A stretch of DNA of 35,577 nucleotides from a virus (taxonomy: Duplodnaviria > Heunggongvirae > Uroviricota > Caudoviricetes): IMG/VR virus record IMGVR_UViG_2778261575_000001. One strand, given 5' to 3'. This document shows positions 1 to 7,229 of the stretch, piece after piece. The notes under the pieces were generated by a model. It saw only the letters and a list, made by a program, of their open reading frames with translations, was not told where the DNA came from and made no database searches. The position numbers and the translations under genes are program-made. The number at the start of each line of letters is the position of its first letter. Positions within the stretch are counted from its first letter, which is position 1.

Positions 1-332
1 CGCTTAGGCATGGAAGTTTTGCGGCATTCTGGCTACACAATAACAAGGGAAGACTTACTCGTGGCTGCAACCCTACTAGCTCAAAATTTATTCACACATG
101 GTTACGCTTTGGGGAAATTATGAGGGGATCTCTCAGTGCTAAGTCCCCAAATTCTTCTTTAGCCCAGTCCTGTAAAGTGATTAGTCGAGACATTTGTCCT
201 CCTCTTAGCTGCTGAGGGAGTTTGTGACCGATATATCTGACATGATATTAAGCTCATGGCAGGTACATCTCTTGACTGGTCATAGAGATAAATTTAATGC
301 TGAGAAATGCAGTATTGAATTTATCAATTTTT

Positions 333-572
333 CTATTTCCTGCGTATGGCACGTAACTTCTTAATGTGTTCTGCTGTATCGATCTCTTCGGCTATCCGAT
401 CTGCATCAGCTTTATTCACAGGTTCAAAGTCATGATTAAAGCGGAACATGCTGGCGATACATGTTCTGCCTTTTCGGATGTAGTGAACTTTGTTGTGGGT
501 AGAACGCAGGATTTTGCAGGGAGTGCCGTGGTGGTCGACGTACCAGGTGTTAGGAAAAATGATTCTGAACAT
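333..572 (-). CDS. hypothetical small protein at the distal end of the early-left operon
   Basis: 79-aa ORF in the provided track, same strand as exo/bet; no family recognised by eye. Confidence 0.35.
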   Translation of the reverse strand: MFRIIFPNTWYVDHHGTPCKILRSTHNKVHYIRKGRTCIASMFRFNHDFEPVNKADADRIAEEIDTAEHIKKLRAIRRK

Positions 573-619
573 TTTTACACCTCAGTTGGACGATGTTGAA
601 ATTTGCTGCTTTGAAGCCA

Positions 620-838
620 TTACAATCCCCATTGTTTGTTCTTAAGTTCGATCTCCTCCTGGCAACTTGCACAAGTCCGACAACCCTGAACGGCCAGGCG
701 TCTTCGTTCATCTATGGGATCGCCACACTTACAACAATGAGTGGCAGATATAGCCTGGTGGTTCAGACGACGCATTTTTATTGCTGTATTGCGCTGTAAT
801 TCTTCGATTTCTGATGCTGAATCAATGATGTCTGCCAT
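620..838 (-). CDS. TraR/DksA-family C4 zinc-finger protein (prophage type)
   Basis: 72-aa ORF with CxxC-x17-CxxC (HCCKCGDPI...CRTCASC), typical of small phage TraR/DksA-like zinc fingers; same strand as the Red genes. Confidence 0.55.
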   Translation of the reverse strand: MADIIDSASEIEELQRNTAIKMRRLNHQAISATHCCKCGDPIDERRRLAVQGCRTCASCQEEIELKNKQWGL

Positions 839-936
839 CTTCCATTAATCCCTGAATTGTTGGTTAATACGCTTGAGGGTGAATGCGAATAATAAAAAAG
901 GAGCCTGTAGCTCCCTGATGATTTTGCTTTTCATGT

Positions 937-1218
937 TCATCGCTCCTTAAAGACGCCGTTTAACATGCCGATCGCCAGGCTTAAATGAGTCGGTGTGAAT
1001 CCCATCAGCGTTACCGTTTCGCGGTGCTTCTTCAGTACGCTACGGCAAATGTCATCGACGTTTTTATCCGGAAACTGCTGTCTGGCTTTTTTGATTTCAG
1101 AATTAGCCTGACGGGCAATGCTGCGAAGGGCGTTTTCCTGCTGAGGTGTCATTGAACAAGTCCCATGTCGGCAAGCATAAGCACACAGAATATGAAGCCC
1201 GCTGCCAGAAAAATGCAT
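937..1218 (-). CDS. hypothetical early-left protein (lambda orf61 position)
   Basis: ORF begins 16 nt after the stop of the orf63-like gene; an alternative in-frame ATG at 1152 would give 71 aa. Assigned by position only. Confidence 0.35.
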   Translation of the reverse strand: MHFSGSGLHILCAYACRHGTCSMTPQQENALRSIARQANSEIKKARQQFPDKNVDDICRSVLKKHRETVTLMGFTPTHLSLAIGMLNGVFKER

Positions 1219-1228
1219 TCAGTGGTTG

Positions 1229-1420
1229 TCATACCTGGTCTCTCTCATCTGCTTCTGCTTTCGCCACCATCATTTCCAGCTTTTGTGAAAGGGATGCGGC
1301 TAACGTATGAAATTCTTCGTCTGTTTCTACTGGTATTGGCACAAACCTGACTCCAATTTGAGCGAGGCTATGTGCCATCTCGATACTCGTTCTTAACTCA
1401 ACGGGAGATGCTTTGTGCAT
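1229..1420 (-). CDS. lambda orf63-like protein
   Basis: 63-aa ORF downstream of exo in the early-left operon; size and position match lambda orf63. Confidence 0.45.
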   Translation of the reverse strand: MHKASPVELRTSIEMAHSLAQIGVRFVPIPVETDEEFHTLAASLSQKLEMMVAKAEADERDQV

Positions 1421-1581
1421 ACAGCCCCCCGTTTATTATTTATCTCCTCAGCCAGCCGCTGTGCTTTCAGGGGATTTCGGATAACAGAAAGGCCGGTAAA
1501 TACCCAGCCTCGCTTTGTAACGGAGTAGACGAAAGTGATCGCGCCTACCCGGATATTATCGTGAGGATGCGTCATCGCCAT
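1393..1581 (-). CDS. lambda orf60a-like protein
   Basis: 62-aa ORF ([21 protein letters not shown]...) whose ATG overlaps the exo stop; resembles the remembered lambda orf60a product. Confidence 0.4.
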   Translation of the reverse strand: MAMTHPHDNIRVGAITFVYSVTKRGWVFTGLSVIRNPLKAQRLAEEINNKRGAVCTKHLPLS

Positions 1582-2252
1582 TGCTCCCCAAATACAAAAC
1601 CAATTTCAGCCAGTGCCTCGTCCATTTTTTCGATGAACTCCGGCACCATCTCGTCAAAACTCGCCATGTACTTTTCATCCCGTTCAACCACGACATAATG
1701 CAGTCCTTCACGCTTCATACGCGGGTCATAGTTGGCAAAGTACCAGGCATCTTTTCGTGTTACCCACATGCTGTACTGCACCTGGGCCATGTAAGCCGAC
1801 TTTATGGCCTCGAAACCACCGAGCCGGAACTTCATGAAATCCCGGGAGGTAAACGGGCATTTCAGCTCAAGACCATTGCCGTCACTGCATAAACCATCGG
1901 GAGAGCAGGCGGTGCGCATACTTTCGTCGCGATAGATGATCGGGGATTCAGTAACATTCACGCCGGAAGTGAATTCAAACAGGGTTCTGGCGTCGTTCTC
2001 GTACTGTTTTCCCCACGCCAGCGCCTTAGCATTAACTTCCGGAGCCACACCGGTGCAAACCTCAGCCAGCAGGGTGTGGAAGTAGGACATTTTCATGTCA
2101 GGCCACTTCTTTCCTGAGCGGGGCTTTGCTATCACGTTGTGAACTTCTGAAGCGGTGATGACGCCGAGCCGTAATTTGTGCCATGCATCATCCCCCTGTT
2201 CGACAGCTCTCACGTCGATCCCGGTACGCTGCAGGATAATGTCCGGTGTCAT
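1572..2252 (-). CDS. exo: lambda exonuclease (Red-alpha)
   Basis: 226-aa ORF essentially identical over its full length to the remembered lambda Exo sequence ([37 protein letters not shown]...[11 protein letters not shown]). Confidence 0.95.
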   Translation of the reverse strand: MTPDIILQRTGIDVRAVEQGDDAWHKLRLGVITASEVHNVIAKPRSGKKWPDMKMSYFHTLLAEVCTGVAPEVNAKALAWGKQYENDARTLFEFTSGVNVTESPIIYRDESMRTACSPDGLCSDGNGLELKCPFTSRDFMKFRLGGFEAIKSAYMAQVQYSMWVTRKDAWYFANYDPRMKREGLHYVVVERDEKYMASFDEMVPEFIEKMDEALAEIGFVFGEQWR

Positions 2253-3034
2253 GCTGCCACCTTCTGCTCAGTGGCTTTCTGTTTCAGGAATCCAAGAGCT
2301 TTCACTGCTTCGGCCTGTGTCAGTTCTGACGATGCGCGAATGTCGCGGCGAAATATCTGGGAACAGAGCGGTAATAAGTCGTCATCCCATGTTTTATCCA
2401 GGGCGATCAGCAGAGTGTTAATCTCCTGCATGGTTTCATCGTTAACCGGAGTGATGTCGCGTTCCGGCTGACGTTCTGCAGTGTATGCGGTATTTTCGAC
2501 AATGCGCTCGGCTTCATCCTTGTCATAGATACCAGCAAATCCGAAGGCCAGACGGGCACACTGAATCATGGCTTTATGCCGTAACATCCGTTTGGGATGC
2601 GACTGCCACGGTCCGGTGATTTCTCTGCCTTCGCGGGTTTTGAATGGTTCGCGACGGCATTCATCCATCCACTCGGTAACGCAGATCGGATGATTGCGGT
2701 CTTTGCGGTAAATCCGGCATGTACAGGATTCATTGTCCTGCTCAAAGTCCATACCATCAAACTGCTGGTTTTCATTGATGATGCGGGACCAGCCATCAAC
2801 GCCCACCACCGGAACGATGCCGTTCTGCTTATCAGGGAAGGCGTAAATTTCTTTCGTCCACGGATTAAGGCCGTACTGGTTGGCAACGATCAGTAATGCG
2901 ATGAACTGCGCATCGCTGGCATCACCTTTAAATGCCGTCTGGCGAAGAGTGGTGATCAGTTCCTGTGGGTCGACAGAATCCATGCCGACACGTTCAGCCA
3001 GCTTCCCTGCCAGCGTTGCGAGTGCTGTACTCAT
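2249..3034 (-). CDS. bet: Red-beta single-strand annealing protein
   Basis: 261-aa ORF matching the remembered lambda Bet sequence ([38 protein letters not shown]...); 4-nt overlap with exo. Confidence 0.95.
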   Translation of the reverse strand: MSTALATLAGKLAERVGMDSVDPQELITTLRQTAFKGDASDAQFIALLIVANQYGLNPWTKEIYAFPDKQNGIVPVVGVDGWSRIINENQQFDGMDFEQDNESCTCRIYRKDRNHPICVTEWMDECRREPFKTREGREITGPWQSHPKRMLRHKAMIQCARLAFGFAGIYDKDEAERIVENTAYTAERQPERDITPVNDETMQEINTLLIALDKTWDDDLLPLCSQIFRRDIRASSELTQAEAVKALGFLKQKATEQKVAA

Positions 3035-3039
3035 CCGTT

Positions 3040-3336
3040 TTATACCTCTGAATCAATATCAACCTGGTGGTGAGCAATGGTTTCAACCATGTACCGGATG
3101 TGTTCTGCCATGTGCTCCTGAAACTCAACATCGTCATCAAACGCACGGGTAATGGCTTTTTTGCTGGCCCCGTGGCGTTGCAAATGATCGATGCAGAGTG
3201 ATTCAAACAGGTGCTGTGGAAGACCTTTTTCCATGTCGTCTGCCAGTTCTGCCTCTTTCTCTTCACGGGCAATCTGCTGGTAGTGACGCGCCCAGCTCTG
3301 AGCCTCAAGACGATCCTGAATGTAATAAGCGTTCAT
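3040..3336 (-). CDS. gam: Gam (RecBCD inhibitor), short GamS-type form
   Basis: 98-aa ORF ([34 protein letters not shown]...VDIDSEV) matching the C-terminal 98 aa of lambda Gam; AGGAG RBS upstream; the upstream in-frame region is interrupted by stop codons. Confidence 0.9.
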   Translation of the reverse strand: MNAYYIQDRLEAQSWARHYQQIAREEKEAELADDMEKGLPQHLFESLCIDHLQRHGASKKAITRAFDDDVEFQEHMAEHIRYMVETIAHHQVDIDSEV

Positions 3337-3411
3337 GGCTGAACTCCTGAAAATGGCTGTGAAAATATCGCCCGCGAAATGCCGGGCTGATTAGGTAAAC
3401 AGGAAAGGGGA

Positions 3412-3702
3412 TTAGTGATTCAGGCCGTTGCCGCGTCCGTCGAGAAAAACTTCCACGAGCAAATCACGGGTATAAGTGCGCTCGATGCCGCGATGCAGAT
3501 AAAGCCGTCCGCGTAAATTAGCTGATGCAGTCCAGGTACCATCTTTGTGTTTGACCAGCATTCCTGGCATGACCGCACCGCGATTAACGGTCTGCGTTCC
3601 GTAATGTTGATGAACCATAAAAACTCCTGCCCGTAAGCTGGGCTGCTGAACATATAGAGACTTCTGCGCGTATTCAGGCGGTGGATGGCCGCCGGTTGTC
3701 AT
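3412..3702 (-). CDS. hypothetical early-left protein between gam and OL
   Basis: First in-frame ATG with a GAGG RBS gives 96 aa ([20 protein letters not shown]...). The track ORF extends to a TTG at 3822, adding an Arg-rich N-terminus (see findings). An alternative-frame ORF at 3420..3653 also exists. Confidence 0.3.
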   Translation of the reverse strand: MTTGGHPPPEYAQKSLYVQQPSLRAGVFMVHQHYGTQTVNRGAVMPGMLVKHKDGTWTASANLRGRLYLHRGIERTYTRDLLVEVFLDGRGNGLNH

Positions 3703-3869
3703 AACTAAGCCGCCTCGTTGAAGCGACTGAGGTATGAGGTGTTGAGTTGATTTCAGCTGGTCACACCGACGTTCACGCGTCCGCTTCACCCCTCGCACTT
3801 CCCGGAGCCTGCTGAAATTCAAGCTGCGGATCTAAGCGGTCATCGCAACGGTGAATCAGGTGGTTGCCG

Positions 3870-3970
3870 TATCGTTGTGTTGTTGCGATGAATTTATTTA
3901 AAACTATAGTTGTTTTGTCGTCAACAACAAAAGTTGTTTTATTGGTTTTTTTAGATGTAAATGGTTGTAT
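3870..3970. promoter_or_regulatory. OL/pL-type operator-promoter region (GTTGTT/AACAAC inverted repeats)
   Basis: GTTGTT(3909-3914)-N8-AACAAC(3923-3928)-N4-GTTGTT(3933-3938), plus ATGGTTGT at 3961; the same half-site as the OR palindrome. Lies upstream of the leftward operon. Confidence 0.45.
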
Positions 3971-4065
3971 TTAGGATGGATTTATTTTGTGACTTGCATC
4001 GCATAGCGATAACTGAAGCGAGGTCGTGGTGGTTTTTTGAACGGTTTGTGTGATGAGGGGGAGGG

Positions 4066-4094
4066 GCAAAAGAAAACCCGGCACGGTGGCCGGG
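4066..4094 (-). terminator. intrinsic terminator downstream of the ASCH gene
   Basis: Stem CCCGGC(4077-4082)/GCCGGG(4089-4094) with a 6-nt loop; on the minus strand it is followed by TTTTCTTTT (plus 4068-4076), directly after the ASCH stop at 4099. Confidence 0.55.
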
Positions 4095-4098
4095 ATTC

Positions 4099-4476
4099 TT
4101 ACGCAGGTAGGTAAAGATATGATTGTGGTGGCTTAATATTACTACCTAGAGCAGAGATAGGAATTGGTTCTTTATATCTTTCCACTTCACCAATTTTTAT
4201 TGCGTAGGCCTTTTCTCTACCTGAATAATATGAGTCATAAAATTGCTTAGAAATACCTGCGTGTTTTTCCGTCTTTTTCCAAAGAGATTCCGGTTCGTCA
4301 CTTAGTATTGATTCAATACGGAATTGACCAACAACTTTACCTAATGGCATCGTGGCATAAATAACAACGGTGCTAATTTGCGGATTTTTGAATATACCTT
4401 TACGAAACTCGAACCGCTTTGTTCCGTTCAATATTTTTTCTGCAAACTCAGGCTTAATGGATAATAAAACTTTCAT
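4099..4476 (-). CDS. ASCH-domain (PUA-like) protein
   Basis: 125-aa ORF; N-terminus MKVLLSIKPEFAEKILNGTKRFEFRK matches the ASCH signature (K-x-LL-x-I-x-PE-[FY]...K...E-x-R); A+T-rich codon usage; start lies 23 nt inside the upstream gene. Confidence 0.65.
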   Translation of the reverse strand: MKVLLSIKPEFAEKILNGTKRFEFRKGIFKNPQISTVVIYATMPLGKVVGQFRIESILSDEPESLWKKTEKHAGISKQFYDSYYSGREKAYAIKIGEVERYKEPIPISALGSNIKPPQSYLYLPA

Positions 4477-5527
4477 TTATCTTGCCTAACTCGATGATCT
4501 TTAAGAACTGCTCATTTGTGAGTTTAAAGTGACTCCATCGGAATGCACGCGAACCATTTAGCCCCACATGATCTATTAAAATAGCACGATTGGGTCTCTT
4601 TGGCAAAGACAGATTGTATGTGAATCTTATAATGAAAGGGTATCGACGTTCTTTATAGATTTTTCTGAGTTCATCTTCAGAAAATACGCTAAAACGAATA
4701 CAATAGTCTACAAAACTATCTTCGCTTAAAAATTCAGAAATATTTTTTACGCTCTCAACTACACATAATGTACTGGCTACAGAACGATAGCGAGCTGGCC
4801 CTTTTTTGTCTCCGGTTCTATAGATGACAATGATATCTCCTCTTTTCATTCCCATCACAGAACGCATTCCACATATGTAAATTTTATGAATGCTGTTAGC
4901 ATGGGATATATCTTTGACAATATCTGGTGATTCATTTACAAGTTTTGAATCAGGGAATAGTCTAGTGTGATATTCGGGATAAATCGCCAGTAAATATTTG
5001 TTGGCTCTTGATGTCATTATTCGAGGGTAATCTAATAAAATATCACCATAAGGCTCATGCAAAGACCTCGCATATACAAACTCTTTCCCGTTATGTGTTT
5101 CTTTTTCACCATGAATGTAAAATCCGTACGTTTGGAAAAGTTTTATTAGATGGACGTGTTTGTCGAAAACAGTAACATAAATATCATCAGATTTTGATGA
5201 AAATGCATGGTCAAACGCTTTTTTTAGAAATCGTTGTCCGCGAAGGGTGCCTTTAGATTCAAATTTGAATGTTCCTATCTTTAGATGACGTCCTGGTGGG
5301 AGCGCTGGATTAATGTCATTTGCATCATCATTTTCTTTTAGATACATAAAACCTTCGATTTTATGCTTGTCATCATAGAGCACATAAGCTGATTCTCCTT
5401 CTCTGGCTTTTTTTTCTAACCAAAGAGGAAACTCTTTATAATCTTTTTTTAAAGAGTCAAAAAATGGGTCATTGTGATCAAAATCAGAGAATTTCTCATA
5501 TTTTAAAGTATCCATTAAGTTCTCCAT
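4454..5527 (-). CDS. GNAT-like acyltransferase fused to a PUA-like (ASCH-type) domain, candidate effector of an immunity-region module
   Basis: 357-aa ORF with verified ATG and TAA. N-terminal half has a GNAT-like core (...IYVTVFDKHVHLIKLFQTYGF...); C-terminal half has an ASCH-like start (KYLLAIYPEYHTRLFPDSK) followed by GDIIVIYRTG. Domain calls are by eye. Confidence 0.6.
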   Translation of the reverse strand: MENLMDTLKYEKFSDFDHNDPFFDSLKKDYKEFPLWLEKKAREGESAYVLYDDKHKIEGFMYLKENDDANDINPALPPGRHLKIGTFKFESKGTLRGQRFLKKAFDHAFSSKSDDIYVTVFDKHVHLIKLFQTYGFYIHGEKETHNGKEFVYARSLHEPYGDILLDYPRIMTSRANKYLLAIYPEYHTRLFPDSKLVNESPDIVKDISHANSIHKIYICGMRSVMGMKRGDIIVIYRTGDKKGPARYRSVASTLCVVESVKNISEFLSEDSFVDYCIRFSVFSEDELRKIYKERRYPFIIRFTYNLSLPKRPNRAILIDHVGLNGSRAFRWSHFKLTNEQFLKIIELGKINESFIIH

Positions 5528-5595
5528 TCTAAAATGAATAATTAAGTTGTTTTACTGAATGAGCACAATGCCCGGTTGATAATTTTTAATTGGTA

Positions 5596-6285
5596 CTATC
5601 CATGCTTCCTATACGTCTGCGGCATGCTCCCAATAACTTTCCCGAAGATAAACACCCGGTTCATCTCGTCTTTCTCGATTGGGTCCCACGGTGAGTAGCT
5701 CTTGTTATCAGAGATAACCAGCAGTTTATCCTTCATCATTTGCAGGCGCTTTACATGGGCTGTGTCGTCGTACAGAAACGCATAGATACCATCACCGTCG
5801 AAAGATTTAACCGTGATATCAACGAACAGCAGATCACCAGGTTCAATCGTTCCTGACATGCTGTCACCGCGTACGTTAATGATGCGGATATTTTCTGCCT
5901 TCCTGCCATCGAACATGTGACGAGCATCGTCAAACGAGTACTCAACCGAGCGTAGGACTTCTACAAACTCACGGTTGATGACACCCGGCCCGGCACTCAC
6001 TTCTATATCAAGAACGTCAATCTTAAAGTATTTGGAATGGCTGACAGTTGGTTGTATTGGTTGCACTGTACTGTCTGACATATTTCCAACGCCAGAAGAT
6101 AACCATTCTGCGCGCACACCCAAAGCGTTCGCGATCTCCACGATTTTAGTTGTTTGATTAGCTTTTCCTGTTTCGATTTTCTGAATAGCAGCTTGGCTAA
6201 CCCCGACCAAATCCCCAAGCGCCTTTTGTGTAAGGCCTCGCGCTAATCTGGCTTCTTTAAGTCTTTCTGAGAGTGTTGTTTTCAT
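5596..6285 (-). CDS. cI: cI-like prophage repressor (HTH_XRE + S24 LexA-like peptidase domain)
   Basis: 229-aa ORF with an N-terminal HTH (LTQKALGDLVGVSQAAIQKIETGK) and C-terminal S24 motifs (VRGDSMSGTIEPGDLLFVD ... VKRL); sits between the OL-like and OR-like repeat regions; ATG at 6285 has no SD, suggesting a leaderless mRNA. Confidence 0.85.
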   Translation of the reverse strand: MKTTLSERLKEARLARGLTQKALGDLVGVSQAAIQKIETGKANQTTKIVEIANALGVRAEWLSSGVGNMSDSTVQPIQPTVSHSKYFKIDVLDIEVSAGPGVINREFVEVLRSVEYSFDDARHMFDGRKAENIRIINVRGDSMSGTIEPGDLLFVDITVKSFDGDGIYAFLYDDTAHVKRLQMMKDKLLVISDNKSYSPWDPIEKDEMNRVFIFGKVIGSMPQTYRKHG

Positions 6286-6389
6286 AGTTCAAATGTACAA
6301 CCAAGGTTTTATTCCATCAAACGAAAATGGTTGTTGACTAAAAACAACCATAGTTTTAATCTTGATTCAAATTAACCACGGAGGTTGTT
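6286..6389. promoter_or_regulatory. OR region with divergent pRM/pR candidates
   Basis: Perfect 9-bp inverted repeat ATGGTTGTT-N7-AACAACCAT at 6327-6351. Candidate pR: TTGACT (6333-6338), 16-bp spacer, TTTAAT (6355-6360). Candidate leftward pRM (coordinates on plus strand): TTGATG (6315-6320), 17-bp spacer, TACATT (6292-6297), start at the cI ATG. Confidence 0.5.
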
Positions 6390-6620
6390 ATGAACCCAGC
6401 TATTAAAACAGCGATCAATATCGTTGGTTCACAAAAGAAACTGGGCGCTGCTTGCGAAGTTTCACAGCAGGCCGTCTATAAGTGGCTTCACAACAAAGCA
6501 AAGGTATCCCCTGAACATGTCGGCAGCATTGTTACGGCTACTGGTGGAGTAGTGAAGGCACACCAGATTCGCCCGGATCTTCCGAAGTTGTTTCCACACA
6601 CCGAAAAGAACGCAGCTTAA
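6390..6620 (+). CDS. cro: Cro-like repressor (YdaS-type HTH)
   Basis: 76-aa ORF, GGAGG RBS, first gene rightward of OR; resembles YdaS/Cro-type small HTH proteins (..GSQKKLGAACEVSQQAVYKW..). Confidence 0.7.
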   Translation: MNPAIKTAINIVGSQKKLGAACEVSQQAVYKWLHNKAKVSPEHVGSIVTATGGVVKAHQIRPDLPKLFPHTEKNAA

Positions 6621-6632
6621 ATTTCCATTTCA

Positions 6633-6645
6633 CGCTCTTTAACAA
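6633..6645 (+). promoter_or_regulatory. boxA-like element (nutR candidate)
   Basis: CGCTCTTTAACAA, 13 nt after the cro stop, closely matches the boxA consensus (lambda CGCTCTTA; rrn GCTCTTTAACAA); no boxB hairpin found. Confidence 0.35.
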
Positions 6646-6689
6646 TAAGCAATCAACTTAACAGTCAATTCAAACTAAAGGAGTCAATT

Positions 6690-7229
6690 ATGCAACCACT
6701 TACATACCAACAGACTAGCGGATTTAGCCCGACTGCGGTGATAAATCGTTCTCAAACAAAACAGGTGCCAGGCCACGAAAAAATCCGTGATGCCGTCCGC
6801 GCCTGGTCGGCTGAAGATAATCAGGATGTCGTTGCCACACTCATTGTGAATGAGTATCGGGAGCAGGGCGGCGGCACCATCGATTTCCCTGATGATGTCA
6901 GCCGTGCACGCCAGAAGCTGTTCCGCTTCCTCGATAACAAATTCGATTCTGAAAAATACCGAAATAACGTGCGTGAACTGACCCCGGCAATCCTGGCGGT
7001 ACTACCGCTGGAATATCGCGGTTACCTGGTTGAGCAGGATAGCTTCATGGCTAGGTTGGCTGAAATGGAAAAGGAACTCAGTGAGGCAAAACAGGCTGTC
7101 ATTCTCAACGCACCACGCCACCAGAAACTGAAGGAAATTAGTGAAGGTATTGTGTCGATGTTTCGTGTGGACCCAGATCTGGCTGGTCCATTGATGGCGA
7201 TGGTTACTACCATGCTGGGGGCGATATGA
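6690..7229 (+). CDS. YdaT-family regulator (CII-position protein)
   Basis: 179-aa ORF between cro and O with an AAGGAG RBS; shares the remembered YdaT-like pattern (EY.EQGGG ... PAILAVLPLEYR). Confidence 0.5.
   Translation: MQPLTYQQTSGFSPTAVINRSQTKQVPGHEKIRDAVRAWSAEDNQDVVATLIVNEYREQGGGTIDFPDDVSRARQKLFRFLDNKFDSEKYRNNVRELTPAILAVLPLEYRGYLVEQDSFMARLAEMEKELSEAKQAVILNAPRHQKLKEISEGIVSMFRVDPDLAGPLMAMVTTMLGAI

Noticed and set aside
1-123. Plus-strand open frame running in from the left edge (..RLGMEVLRHSGYTITREDLLVAATLLAQNLFTHGYALGKL, stop at 121-123)
   Set aside because: Only about 40 codons visible, no recognisable family, and opposite in orientation to the early-left operon; insufficient evidence to call a gene.
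3703-3822. TTG-initiated N-terminal extension of the early-left ORF as a definite N antiterminator gene
   Set aside because: Non-canonical start without an RBS and no boxB hairpin found; kept as a hypothesis in the findings rather than annotated.
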